Shown: piece by piece, positions 1 to 14,100 of the stretch
Position numbering within the stretch: the first letter of the stretch is position 1
Layout of the letters: each line of letters begins with the position of its first letter
Source of the DNA: Takakia lepidozioides
Taxonomy: Eukaryota; Plantae; Bryophyta
DNA length: 64,000 nucleotides
Reading direction: 5' to 3'
Assembly (NCBI GenBank): GCA_030704615.1
Contig: CM060731.1
Location: 93,620,001 to 93,684,000, forward strand
Position numbers and translations under genes: made by a program
The notes under the pieces: model-generated
Seen by the model: only the letters and a program-made list of their open reading frames with translations
Databases searched by the model: none
Told to the model about the DNA's origin: nothing

Positions 1-360
1 ACCACAATGGGTCGTGACTCAAAATTATTGGTAGAAACATTGGAATAACGTTTTTGAATTATTGAAACTTAAGGAATAGAAAAGTCTTTGTCATATTGAG
101 GACAAGAAATAACAAACGAAATGCATTGAACTGACAAATACAAGGTCAGATACCATGTCAAATACAATTTCAAGTACAATGTCAGCTTGCTGCAGGTGCT
201 TTGAGACCTCCCCCCACCAGGGGAGATCTCCCGTGCTCAATACGAGAACCGTCGAGCCGTCAAATCAAAAGAAAATAAGATCTAGAAACATTCACATGAA
301 CTAGTCATCCAGAAATTAAAACTGTCGCGTAAGACCAGTTATTTGTCACCCTCCGAATAC

Positions 361-1170
361 CAAATAAGAATCCAGGAAATGCCGAATAGATGTCGAGACA
401 TAGCAGGGGAGACCTCACGTGCTACAACTGAAATCAATAGCACAATCGCGAAAATACAATTTAGAACGTCGGCATCATAAGGCGCCACCGTTAAAATCGG
501 AGTAGTGAACGACATTCCGCAAGGGAAGATATGAAGGTTTTGGACCAGACAAAATCCTCATCATCTTCAAAAAATGAAAACATTTGCGAATCCTTACTAT
601 ATTCGACAATGAGCTCTAAGAAAAATATAATAATCATGATTGAAAATAGTCAAGTCACTGTAGCACGGGACATCTCCCGAGCACTATGTGTAAGGGAGAA
701 AACCATCAACCACCATGGGAAATCGGCAGTTCGACATACAAAATACGTGGAACCGTCAGACGGAAACAAATAAAAATGTACAACCATTCACATCCACTGG
801 CAATTCAAAAATTCAAAATTTTGGAGATCAGAACAAAAGCTATTTGTCCGTAGATAAAAAAAAATCCAGTAAGTAATATTAAAAAAACAACGTGACATAC
901 CACGGGAGACCTCCCGTGTTACACCTGAAAATCAGTAACAACATCGCGAGGATACAATTTACAAAGTCAGATTAAGAAGGGGCCACCGTTGAAATAGACA
1001 TATAAAAGTACATTCCGCTAGGGAAGAAAATATGATATTCGGACCCCGACATATCCTTATCAGATAACGAACCAAATTGGGACTCAATGAGCGCTATGGT
1101 GAATGAGAATATTAATCATGTCAGTCTGCAATAGTCAAGAATCTGTAGCACGGGAGATCTCCCGTGCTAT
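361..1170. repeat. Diverged direct duplication of about 490 bp downstream of the E1 transposase
   Basis: About 403-690 aligns with about 901-1170 (palindrome, ATCGCG..ATACAATTT, GCCACCGTT, ACATTCCGC.AGGGAAGA, AATAGTCAAG..CTGTAGCACGGGA). Confidence 0.75.
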
Positions 1171-1418
1171 GTGCGAAAAATACAATCAACCAGAACTAAA
1201 CTTTCATTGAGATGCATGCAGTCAAGGTTCAAATCGCTAGAGATATAGATGTTTAGAAATTGAAAGTTTCAAATGGTCGACACAGAGAATTCAAGGTCAA
1301 CTTCTGATTGTCAAAGGAGCTCCCACAAAATCCTGGCAATCACCAGTAAGATTAACATTAACACATATTGTCGACAAATTAGCACGGGAGATCTCCCGTG
1401 CACCTCTGTACACTGTGC

Positions 1419-4400
1419 TTAATTAGACTCACTTTGATCGTTCGCAACATATAGATTTGCTTTCGCTTTAACTGCTTCGGCCTTTCCAATACGTCTAGAG
1501 CTCCACTTGGAGGTGTTCTTCCGAGGTCGCATTGTCCACGCCACATTGTTCGTATGTATCCACTTTGGTGGATCAGATTTATTGAACTCCCAAGCTTTGT
1601 CCCAACAGTTTCTATACCTATCCACGTCCTCCGCTGCAGCACCTTTAGGTCTCCACCACTCCAGAAGGACTTGCCGATATCTCTCATCTGAACGGTCACG
1701 AACAACATCAGAGATTGCCACACCCATCCAAACTGGATATGTCTCTGTTTCTGGTGGTCGAACAAGTACGGAGTTTCCAATTTCAATATCTTTGAATGGG
1801 TCCATCGGTTCTTTAGGTCTCTGACTCTTTGGCCCACAATACGGATCCAGCTGGTTGCGATCTTCCTCCTTTGACTCCTCCTGACTCTCACATTCAACCC
1901 TAATCCCATCTCTGTCATGGTTATCTTTCCACAGAGTCGAAGGCCAAAACCCCTCCTCCAGCTTGTCCTTTGGCTCAGGCAATGGCTTACCAAGTTCAAT
2001 AAGAACATCCTTCCAATACTCATCGTAGTTTTTCATGATATTTTCGTAGTTCTTGTCGAGATCCATCCCAAGTCTCCAAAATTCGCGGTACTTCGAAAGG
2101 CCATTTATAATACTGGCATTTTTTTCCCTAGCGTCTGGCTTTATTCCCCAAATAGGCTGCAGTGGAATAGGTTCCGGGACCCGCTGGGGTAGTAGGGAAG
2201 ACCTCCAGTCCTCAGCAACCTTCCATATTTTGACTACACCCTGCTTCGGAAGCCAGTCAGCGTTGGTTGCCGATTTCTTATACTTCATTATAGGCCAACC
2301 GTCACAATCCACATAGAACTTGAAGATGTGCATTTCAGATGTGCCGATTAGCGCATCGTTCCCATCAATAATATATCCATCCACAAACTTCTTGAAGTCT
2401 GCGACCTCCTGTATCAGTTGAGGGATAAATGACAAGTTTTGAGACTCCATAAAGAGGCGCACGAGATCCGGAAGGATATATGTGCTCTTCTGTTTCAACT
2501 TCTTCGACAGATAACTAAAGTATGCATCAATATCCTCGTGGGTGTGACCAACCATCAAGAATCCAAGCTGGATCTCTTCAAAAACACCTCTCGCCGTCAA
2601 GAGTGATAAAAAAAGCAAGCATCCAGCGATTTTTGTTCTCTCTTAAAGAATTGTCCATTTGCAGGTATAGTCGACGGGGTAATGGCTTGGCTCGAACAGG
2701 GCCTTAAGATACCCTAGGCTTCAGTGCTTTCTCACATCGAGACTTTCCCCTCATTAGAGTTTCGAAAAATGAGTTCTGCATTGGATGATCAAAAATTTCT
2801 CTTGAGTCTCGACATGTGGGCTTCTCAAGAGCGTGAAGATAACGAGCCAAGGAGCTGATTGTCAAGTTAGGATCACTTGGCCAGAACTCGTTCGTGAACT
2901 GAGCATAAGCACCGTCACCATGGCCATGAGTCACCATACATGTTAGGGATATAGGTAGCTGACCGAGACCGGATGTCATCTTGTTTGTTACGAGGAGCCG
3001 AGGCAATGCAGTCTTCGAGTGATCCATCTTATCGTGTATAATACACATAAACTCCTCACCCATCATCGTTGATTCATTTCGCCAACTATGATAAAGCCTG
3101 CGACATGACTCCTGATACTTCAAATGTCTCTCAAATTTCCTTTCAAAGTGCTTTCTCTGCTCCTCAATTCCGCTGACTGACTTCTAGATAAGATCTTTGA
3201 ACATCTCACAATCTGTGCATTTCGCGAATTTTCCACCAGGTTTCCAAACCTCAACATTCCCAAAAAGTTTCGTTCGAATTCAGCTAATTACAGACTTCGA
3301 CAATGCCTTCAAGCCGATTCGTTTGTTCGCCTGATCCAATTGTCAACAATATATAGAATTGGTATTCTATTAGGGACGAGATGTATCCATCATTACTCTT
3401 CCTCTTGTATCCATGGTACGTTGACCTTCCGATTCCATGGATTGTCCACCACGCCTTCTCACAGACCTCAATTCCTTCCATTGTAAGGTAGGCATGACGA
3501 CCACAACCTGGTAGTCGGTGTAGTCATTGTGGGATGTCAAACCCTAACTCTCTCTTTGCATCAAAAGAAGATGCCAAGAACTTACTCCGGATAGCCTTAG
3601 TTTTTTCCCAGCTGAAGTGTTGACAACAGTTTCGAGCACAACAGCTCACAGAGCTTACTGCTTGAATTGACTCCGAATTTAAGAGTCAGATCAATTTCTT
3701 CCCCTTGGAGTTCTCATCTTCCTTTCGAACTCGTTTCAAACATTTATACTGCGATTTCTTAACTCCTTCGAGGTCATCCTCCGTGTCTGACTCGTGCTCT
3801 TCATAAAACTTTGTGAGCAACTCTGATAGTTTTCGGCCGTCTCGAAGTTTTGTATGTGTAAGCCGCCATTTCGTAATTGTCATTAGCATATCCTGAGCTG
3901 ACCCAGAGACAACTGTAACAATTACACCGACATGCTCCTCCCCAAGGTTTTCACCGAAAATAACTTCGTCAGATAGACACGCCACAATCCGGCCCTCAGC
4001 GATGACGTCCATCTTGTCATTGAGAAGATTGCACATCTGATTATGCCAAGTATCTCTTCCTAATATATGATGTGTGCCTTTCTGACACTCGGCACTCTTC
4101 TTTCTTGTTGTCTCTTGTGAAACTTTTGTTCCTGCGCCTTCAACACCATCTGTATTGTCCTTCTGTATTGTATCCTCCAAAACATTCGTGCTCACTCCAG
4201 CATCGGACAAGCACACCTCACCCTCCATTCACACACGTTTCTCAACTTCACTAACTTTCCAGACAATCGGTGTCCCCAAGGCTTCTCCGAGAGTCTCCGT
4301 GTCTGGATGTGAATACGGCAAGCTAATTGACTCCATTCCATGTATCACGGTTTTCAATATGACGCTCACTAAACTACTAGAGAGACGTCTGCCATGACAA

Positions 4401-4426
4401 AATCCCTCTCCAGACGTATTAGACAT
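1419..4426 (-). pseudogene. Sola-like (DUF7869) DDD transposase, disrupted
   Basis: Joined ORFs give a Cys-rich N-terminus (CCARNCCQHF; VCEKAWWTIHGI; FAKCTDC) and three catalytic motifs: IIHDKMD (about 3030), LYLQMDNSLRENKN (about 2650) and FLMVGHTHEDIDAYFS (about 2540). In-frame stops at 4229 and 3686; +1 frameshift in a T7 run near 2610. Confidence 0.8.
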
Positions 4427-5039
4427 GTACCCTCAACGACAATTCTGGGAACTGGAGAGCCGACAAGTTGGATTAAATTCACGGCTTCTCCAACAGACAA
4501 CTGTCCACGGTGGTAACCATCTTCAACCACGGGAGATCTCCCTTGCTATGCCCTCGAGTAAAAAATGGGAAGCAAAAAAGGTAGAAAAGATGAATATATC
4601 AAATGCGGCAACACTCCACAGGATGACGGGAGATCTCACTTAAGTTAGAATCCACACAAATATTCTGGATTGTGTAAGATAAAATCTATGCACACCACAG
4701 ATGCAAATAACACTAAGGGATCACGGGAGGTCTCCTGCTCTGTGATCTCCAATGGGCGGAAAAAGATAAACAGAAAATAGAGTTCCAGACAAATTGGAAA
4801 GGAACTGCTCAAGATGACGGGAGATCTCCCGTCACATTCAATGGTATAACTGGAAAAGAGGAAGACAGATAAATGAGATTCAGAAAAGAGCGACAAAACA
4901 AAGAGAAAGTCTAATGGAACAGCACCTCTTCGTTTTGCCAGGCTAAAAAAGCAGATACTGCGTGAGTTCAGTGTGTAACTCTTCTGGAAAATACTGATAG
5001 AGAATGACTAACAAACATGCAGAGATGAAACACCACTCT

Positions 5040-6200
5040 CCGTCCTTCCACCACCCTTCCACCACTCTTCAGTCAATTCAACACCTGCACTCCACAATTC
5101 GGCAGGGCTTCGCCGAGACTGAATGAAATGAGAGGGAAGATGTTGCCCTTATATAGACCCGCATTTGCATGCTGGGGCATGAGGCCAACCGCACCCATAC
5201 ATGAGGCTTGTACAACAAGGGGGATCGTTTCATTAATTACTTGCCATAATGACTATGACGGGGGGCCTCCCGTACCCGACAGTACGACATCTGCATGGCC
5301 GCCACGTGGATGGATATGATCTATGATGTACCTGCACGACGACATCAATGTAATCGGTACCGTCCAAGGAGATCCCAGATATAATCTGAGTCGTCGGATT
5401 TGATGGATGTCGCATGACCATGATGACGCCGCGCCGCGCCACGAGAGCTCTCCCCTCGCAGCATTCATGGAAGGTAAGATTCGCTGTAGCGTACCGTAGC
5501 ACCGCCGCCGCATTCAGTAATGCCGATGCCGCCGCATTATGGCCGGCGGCGTCTCGTACTCTGACGTTCCAGCACATGCGTAGCCTGCCTGCTCGCCACG
5601 TGCTGGAATACTAACTATGGAAATGCCTTCACATGCATGCTCAAAAGCATCGTTGAATCTGGATCGTCCATTATAGATGAAGGGCATAGAACCTTCCATG
5701 TTCATGAGTTGAATGCGCCGTTTCACGGGAGCCCTCCCCTAATAATTATGATTGGCTAGGTTTGCAAGGCCTGCGCCCGTCGCTGCCTGAATCTCGCGCA
5801 TGGCGGGCGCGTGGCAGGCGCCATTTCACGGGAGCCCTCCCCTAATAGATATGATTGGCCAGGTTTGCGGGCCCTACGCGCGCCGCCGCTTGAATCTTGC
5901 GCATGGCTGGCGCGTGGCAGGCACCGTTTCACGGGAGCCCTCCCCTAATAATTATAATTGGACAAGTTTGCGGGCAATGCAGCCGCCGCCGTTTCACGGG
6001 AGCCCTCCCCTAATAATTAGCCCCTGCGGCAGCCGCCGCTTGGATCTCGCGCATGGAGGGTGCGTGGCAGTTCTTGGGACATCCACTGGGCATGCCTGCC
6101 ATCGCATACCCATGGCGAGGTATCGCATGGGTCTGCCTCCCCGGGTATAAAAGGGGAGGCTCCCTGGTTCATTCTTCCTCTCACACTTTCATGACGACGA
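5040..6200. promoter_or_regulatory. Putative bidirectional promoter of E1
   Basis: Outward-facing TATA boxes: TCTATATAAGGG on - at about 5146-5157 and GGTATAAAAGG on + at about 6144-6154. Between them is a GC-rich stretch with about 103 bp repeats containing CACGGGAGCCCTCCC (5716-6060). Confidence 0.45.
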
Positions 6201-7040
6201 AGCCCTGCTAAAACTTAGAGCCACGAGTTTTGAGAGCTTGAGAGGGAGTGAAGGGAGTGAAGGGAGGGTCGGTGATCTGCATCTGATCTGCGCTCTGCAT
6301 CTGTTGTCTGTTGCATGTAGCAGTATTCAGGATTTCGTTTGTTAGTTTCAGCTGTGTGGTACGGTCGTCGTTCAGGAGGGCGATCATGAGAGCTGGTGGC
6401 GAGCCCGTGCTGGTGTCGTGGTGTAATTTGATTTGTGCATTGCTGCTGCGATTATTCTTCAACCACCATGGCAGGATCAAGCTCACGGTATGTACTTTCG
6501 TATCTTCCCGCAACTAATTGCATTAGGATTGCATCAGGTGACCCAAGCATTTTCTTAGGGGAGGTCTCCCGTGCTAGTCAGGGGACCGCTCTTGTGCATT
6601 TTCTCAGGGGAGGTCTCCCGTGCTAATCCGTCGACCTCTCCTGTGAATTTTCTCAGGGGAGGTCTCCCGTGATACTCAGGGGACCTCTCCCGTTTGTTCT
6701 CTCAGGGGAGGTCTCCCATGATAAAACCCATTGTCGCGGTAGGTTAATGTCACAGGAGACCTCCCGTGATATTTAAGACGTAGTATACAAGAGCGTAAGA
6801 GAAAATATAATGTCGACCGGGAATGAGGTCATCCGCCAAAGAGTAAGTAACTTCCCTTTCACACTGACCTATTATTTTCAGTTTGAAAAGGAGTCTGGAA
6901 TCAGGCACTGCACACGCTAAGGGTCGGTCAGGATGTAAGCCAATGTGTTGGCCAAGATGTCATTACCTAGAAGATGAGGACTTGATGTCCGCTATCCAGA
7001 AATTAGTGGAGGAGGACGGCAAGGTATCCGAGCTAAGCCA

Positions 7041-7734
7041 TTGCAGTGGAAGCAAAGTAAATGTTGTCGCCCCAGAAAACATACCAGCACATTCACCAAA
7101 TACACCCCTGCAGAGGACGCGTATTCACCGACAGATTCACCAGTCTACACCCTTGCAGAGGACTCGTACATACCAGCAAATTCACCAGAATACACCCCTT
7201 TAGAGAACACGTATGTCCCAGCAAATTCACCAGTATACACCCCTTCAGAGGACACTTACATACCAGCAGCTGTCCACCCAGTGTACATACCAGCAGATTC
7301 ACCAGAATACACCCCTTTAGAGGACTCGTATGTACCTTCAGATTCACCAGTATTCCCCTGCAGATGACACTTACATACCAGCAGTTGTCCACCCAGTGTA
7401 CATACCAGTAGATTCACCAGAATACACTCCAGGACTGTACACTCCACAAGAGCGCGCCCTGGATGCACCTGTGTATCCTCCCGGATCAAATTCGCAGGGT
7501 GCACAGGCATCGAACTCAATGGAAACCGACGAAATCTCCAAGATATTCCCTGATTGGGTTTCGGACAGCGACTCTTGGAGTCCTGGATACTCTCCAGCGA
7601 CACCTCGAAGGGATCCAAAGCAGGAGAAACTGAGAGAAGAGATCCGTAGTGCATATCAGAACTGGCTAGATAGCCCAATGTATTGTGGTGTGACTATAGG
7701 GCAATTTCTTGATGTAGATTCTAGCAAACCGTAG
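7041..7734 (+). pseudogene. Low-complexity ORF with 13-aa repeats (YxPxxSPxYTPxED) encoded by a 39-bp tandem repeat; frameshifted
   Basis: 39-bp unit TACATACCAGCAxATTCACCAGxATACACCCCTxxAGAGGAC repeated over about 7075-7445. ORFs 7041-7367 and 7330-7734 join across a frameshift. Confidence 0.55.
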
Positions 7735-8177
7735 ATGGTAGGTGGGGTTGCGTCTAGAGGTTTAGGGTTTGGAAAGTGTAGGTGGGGTTGTGTTTTGTGA
7801 GCTGATCACGGGAGGTATCCCATCACTGTATTGAAGTACATCTATGGTGCTCTTGAAGCACCTTGGGTTTTTGATTTATAAACTACTAATTGAAGTTCTG
7901 AACCTCCATGTTGCTGTTTATGTGCTGTGTTGATCACGGGAGATCTCCCGTACATGTATTCAGGAACCGCATTTGTCATAATGAGAACTTGAATTATCCT
8001 TATTGGTGGTCTTGTTCATTGCTTGTCACGGGAGATCTCCCGTCCCTGAATTGAGATATAGCTCCATACGGTTCGGAAAGACCGTTGTGTTGGTTGTTAT
8101 TTAGTGTTTATATTAACGGGTTGTTCTTTTGTTGATTGTGTTGCTAGAACAAAGATTCCGAAGGAATCAATCGCAGT

Positions 8178-11100
8178 GATGAGCGCCGAAATTGCCGGTT
8201 CCTTCATATATCCACACATTGAAGGATTCACAATAAAGCATGATGGCTTCTACGAGCTAAAGAGGAGTATTGACTACTGGGGTATCGACGTTGCTGACTC
8301 CCCGAACCCAGAGAAAGCCATCTTCCGTTACTAGATCGGTGCGAAAAGAAAACACTTATGTGTTGTGATGTGTTGGGAATTGATATGGAAGACTCCGTGA
8401 GGGATAACAAGGTTACCCTTGCTGTGTTCATCCGCGAGAACGCCAGGAAAGGGGAGAAGGTATTTGGGTTCTCTGTTGATGCCATGAGTCTGAGTAGTGA
8501 TCTGATGGGATTCGCGATTCGGATGGGATTCAGGGTCCCTGTTGTCGAAGACGACCTGGAAATGGAAATCCTCAAGAGCTGGGAATACCTTGACGGAATT
8601 CTCTACAATAATGCCAAGGAGAGACAACAATTGGAGGTATAGCGACTCCAATCAGAGCAAAAGCAGTTGGAGGACACGAAGAAGAAACCGAAAAAAGCAA
8701 GAAAGCCAAAAGAAGGAAATGGAGCTGATGACGAAGACGAAGGGGGGAAGAAAACGACAAAAGACCATCAATATCGTGAATAGCCAAGAAAAGAGGCACC
8801 GGAAGACTGACGAGATTTTCGACCTGGATGAGGCGAAGAAGGTCGAGACGACTCTCATCGAGCAATACCAAGATATATTCCGGTTTGGATTTGAATACGT
8901 CCAGGAAGTGGACATCAACCACTGTTTTCTGGCCCCACGGCATATGGTTTACCGACCACTCTGTGAGAAGCACAAGCTGGAGATTAAATCAAGGCTAGTT
9001 GCGTACAACCTAATTGACTAAAAAATGTCTGTTTACTTGATTCCACAACACGAGACCGATCCCACGAAGGTGTGGAGCAGGAAGCCCGTCAATGAGCGCG
9101 AACTGCAGAAGGCGACATATTTTATTATCGGAGGCCAACATACATTGATGGCAGCCCAGGTCAGGGAAGGTCTCCCGTGCTAACTCACCTTCGAGAAATT
9201 ATACTTACTATTTGACCATGTATTTGTCCACTGTCCATTTTCGATTGTCTCTCTTCTAATGCTAATCAACTGAACTGTGATGATTGCAGGAGCTCTTGGA
9301 GGATCCGGCACTGAGTAATGATGTCCTGATAAAATCGCTACGTACATGGCATGCTAAGATAGTGTACTCGACGGATGAGCTTCGACTGGTGACTATCTCC
9401 AAGGTTATGAATAAGCCGAACAAGGAGAATATTTACGAACCGTCTTTCGATGAGAAGGTCCGTCACTGCAGAAAATATTACAATTACAAGGAGCGGCCCC
9501 AGAAGTATGATGAGCATCGTCGGGTCGAGACTCAGCAATGGAAGGTGAGTGTGACCACGGGAGGTCTCACGTCCTTTCTTTCCATTCATCTATCACTGCA
9601 ACAATGCAATGGATGTCTACATTATAGTCGATCGAAATCCAATTTCATCGTCCACACACCAGCAACCACATTTGTTGTCCCAGCACCTTCTCTTCCGTTG
9701 AGGTCATCTGGGATGTGTTCTGCTTTGTTTTGCGGTGCTTCTCTCTTTCTCTAATCTGGTGACATTCTCGATCTGGAAGAGATCCACGCACCATCAAGAT
9801 TTGAAGTTGGGGATGATGCTTCATGATGTGATTGTCTCTTGGTTACTTAAGGGTTTCTGTACACAGGTTTGACTCTGTTCTAGGTCGACAATGTCTCCAG
9901 AAAGAGGAAATGGAGAAGCACCGCAATACAAAATAGGAGACACTCCAGAAAGAGTGACCAATTGTCAACATCCTCTTGGTTGGTTTAAATGATCAGTTGA
10001 AGGTGTTGGTTGGAAGTTAGCTGGAAGTGTTTGAAGTGCTGGAGTTAGCTGGAAGTCAGCCGGAAGTGTTGGCTGAATGTGAAAGTTAGCAAGGGAGACC
10101 TCCCGTGGTAGTTAACTACACTTGTTGGTATATGCAGGATTTTATGGTCGGAGCTCAAACCATTCTGGATGTGAAAAGCGACAAAGAGGCAATGCCACTT
10201 GTGTTCACCTCTGATCGGACCTGGAATTACTGGACAAGAGTGTTCATGAAATGGGAGAAGGGCGAGCTCATTGACTCCAAAGGGAATATCCCCATGAAAG
10301 AGTAGCCAACGCTCAAAAAATCTAGCGTTGCTCGACTGCAGGGTTTGGACGACAGCCAGATTTGGAAGGTTGCCCACATGTTACTCAAAAACAAAGTGTC
10401 GATGCGTCATCCATACACTGGGCCTGACCCCGATGTTCTGAGTCTAGAGGATTATTGCAAATACAAGAAGTTGAGGAGGCACATTATTGATGATATCATG
10501 GTCGGTTTTGGATTTAAGGAGCCGACGAAGGACAACCGACATCCATACACAAAGTTGGAGTGGACCGCCATCAAACATAAGTACGAAATCAACAAGGCCC
10601 AGTTTGTGCACTTTAAAAATGCTCTCGGGAACCCCTACCTTGACGCGAAAATGAAGCCAACAACGGGAAAGCAGAAGCAACCACTTCAATTTCTGAATTT
10701 AATTCAAGCCGTGAAAACGCTTGCAGAGACTCCACGAGGTTCGCTTGATAGAGTTTACAGTGTGTGCGAAATTGGAAACGGGGCTCGGGAGATCGGGACG
10801 GTCGCAATGTTCGCCACAAAAGCATTTGAAGTTGTTTCGCTCATCATGATCAGCACATTGAATGAGCGTCCAGACAAGATCGAGCCTTGGACGGAGAATG
10901 AGTTTGCCGACCTCTTCAATGGCACGAGGTCAAGAAAAATCAGGACCAACGTATTCTGTGTACTGATAGCTCTCGTGAGCTGATAGCGTACATTCAATCC
11001 ACAAAGGGGAAATTCCTTATAGAAACAAGCTTCTACATTCCATCGAAGAGGAAGATTTTTTTCAAGACAAGGAATTTTGAGACTCCAGTAATTCATTTCC

Positions 11101-14100
11101 TTTTCATTTTTCTGATGGCAGATGCGGAGTGGGACAACGTGGACGAGGTCGTGCGGAGGAGCATCACAACCGACGATCGATACATCCCAAGATTGCTTCG
11201 TACAGAGGTGGAAGAATTTGAAAATCCTCTGCAAAGTCGCTACTACAACAATGAGATCCGATCATCGGCTATCGACCAGGTCGTTGAGACCTTCTGTCCG
11301 GAGGGCTCTTCCGTTGTCAATGTGTATTGTGGCGGGATTGTCACATATTCACTTCTGGTAAGAACGTACAAACTCAAATCTTAATTTGCTTCATGAAATT
11401 GCTTCGTCCAGTGACGGGAGATCTCACGTCGATCCTTTGGCGGGAGATCTCCCGTCATTCGTTTAGCGGGAGACATCCGGCCGTAAATTAAGATCAATCA
11501 GGACACTAGTGATACCCAGGTGATTAACCACACATTCATTATGGGGATTTCAAGAGTGTCTGAACAGACTTATCTTGTAAACCACAAGACTTTATGCAAC
11601 ACTGGCAATGTTGGATAAGATCTTGTAGTTAACTTGGTAAGTATGGCCAGACCGAAAACTTGAAGTAATTCCCAAATTGTGAGAGCTCTCATATTGCTTC
11701 AGATGATGGGTTGAAAGTGTGCGTAGGAAGTCACCATATTTTCCAAGCGATTTTTCGACCTCCTTCTACGGGAGACCTCCCTTCCTTCCCCGGGGGAATC
11801 ACTCCCTATCACTTGTATAGGGCACGTGAGATAAATGGGTATTTTGTAGGGGGGTATTACTTTTACTTTGGGTATTTTTTAGTGTCATGCTATCAAACAA
11901 ATATTAGGGTTCAAGACAAATCATTTAAAGCAATCGCATCATCCGCATTCAAAGTATAAACGTATCCATAGTGACTGGAATCCATCTACCCACTTGTTGT
12001 CCATATCCTGAGAAGTAGTTTAACACCATAAATTTAGGAGTTCAATAGATATCCTGGAGTTTTTCCCTAAGAGCAGGAATTTTTCATAGATATGCAGTGG
12101 ATATAATGTAGGTGAATAAATTGTATCCTATATTTTCTTGCACGTCGGTTGGAAATTTTTGGAAGTGACCTCCCCGGGCTTCCTTCTTTGTCCAGGTTCA
12201 TCTGTGTCTTTCACTGTATCCAGTTCATAGAATTCATTGAAACATTGACCATTCAAGTATTTCAAGATGAACCTCGAGTAGGACTTGGCTGGCACGACAC
12301 GCTACTGATATGATCCATAACATTCATGACGGGACATTTGGAGTGCAGCCAAATACTTACAGAAGGGCGACACAAGTCTTTATATTACAGACTGACGATG
12401 TAATCTAAAATCTTGCGTGGCTTTCATGTAAGTATGGCCATGCACAAGCCTGAATTGTCACTGCTAAGAATGATGATGGGTTGAAAGTGTTTTTGGCAGA
12501 GGTCCAGTGAACAACCTTTTGACCATTCATTTGAACAATCATTTGAGATGAACCTCGCGCTAGACTACTGTTTCAAAAACACTACTGATACCCACGTGAT
12601 TAGCTACATTCATTGCAGGACTTCTCTAGTTGCCTCCGTATTCTTACAAAGTGATACATAAGACTTTAGTTAACACACTTGCGATGTTATCTAACATCTT
12701 GGGTATCACTTTGTAACTATGGCCATGCACATGCAGGAATGTCTCTGCTTTGAATGCTATATCCTTGCTTCAAATGATGATGGGTTGAAAGTGTTTGCTA
12801 GCAGACATGGATTGACGGGAGATCTCCCGGCTTTACTATGTCGGGAGACCTCCCGTTGTTGCTTTCCCGGAAGATATCCCGCCTCTCTAGTACGGGAGGT
12901 CTCCTGTGCTCGTAATGACCATTCTTTTCTGCCTATTTAAGATGACCAGTCTGACACAAAACACTATTAATAACCCAGGTGATTAACCACAATGATTAAG
13001 GGGATTTCAAGAGTGCATGATCAAACTTACCATGTAAACCACAAGACTTTGTGTATCATAAGATCTTGTGGTTTACTTGATAAGTATGGCAAGCCAGAAT
13101 CTTGGAGTAATTCCCAGTTTGATTCATTGATGATGGGTCAAATGTGAGTGCTGGAAGAATTTCATTGACAGGAGATATTCCGTTCTTCCATTGACGGGAG
13201 ACCTCCCGTCCTCCCTTTCACTATCATTATTTGAGTCTTGTCCGGCGAGGCACTACCCAGATGATTAGCCAGATTCATTCTGAGTGCATGCGCATTCCTA
13301 CAATGTGATCCACAAGACTTTATTTAACACAATGGCGATGTTATCTAAGATCTTGTGGATCAATTTGTGGGCATGGACATTCTAAGTCTCTGAAAATGAG
13401 TCCTCTGTTATTGCTTAAAATGATGGGTTTAATGTGTGAGATGGAAGTATGTACGTACATATGTGAGATGGAATAGTTTACAAGGATGTTGTTCCAAATT
13501 ATATTGATTTTTTGTTTACGTCCTATGATGGGACACCTCCCGTCATACATTGCCAATTCCCAAGTGATTAGTAGCAGGCAGGACACACTACCAATACTCA
13601 AGTGATTAGTAACATTCATTATGCGACATTTGGAGGGGACTGTCTTTATGTTACACACTGGCGATGTAATCTAAAATCTTATGTGGCCTTCATGTAATTC
13701 TTGGCATGCACAAGCCTGAATAGTTCTTGCTTACGATGATGGGCGGAAAGTGTGAGTAGGCAGAAGTCCATTGAATATCCTATGTGATTAGTAACAACCC
13801 AAGTGATTAGTAACCTTCATTACACGATGTTTTGGACAATGCATCCAAATACTTTCAGAGGGTCACACAAGATTTTATATTACACACTGGCGATGTAATC
13901 TAAAATCTTGTGTTGCCTTCATGAATGCACAAGCCTAAAATGTGTTTGCTTCAATGCATAAAATTATGATGCGTTGAGAGTGTGAGGTGGGGGAAGTTCC
14001 GATTTATTCTAATTAAATTACATCATTCGACGGGAGGCCTCCCGTCCACCTTTGACCATTACCATCTTTGTGTTGGGAGTGCCCAGTTACTGAAAGTTAC

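Noticed and set aside
5716-6010. GTTTCACG resembling half of bacterial parS (TGTTTCACGTGAAACA)
   Set aside because: Only a half-site overlapping the E1 palindrome arm; the second half is absent, so likely coincidence. The parS analogy is about organisation, not sequence.
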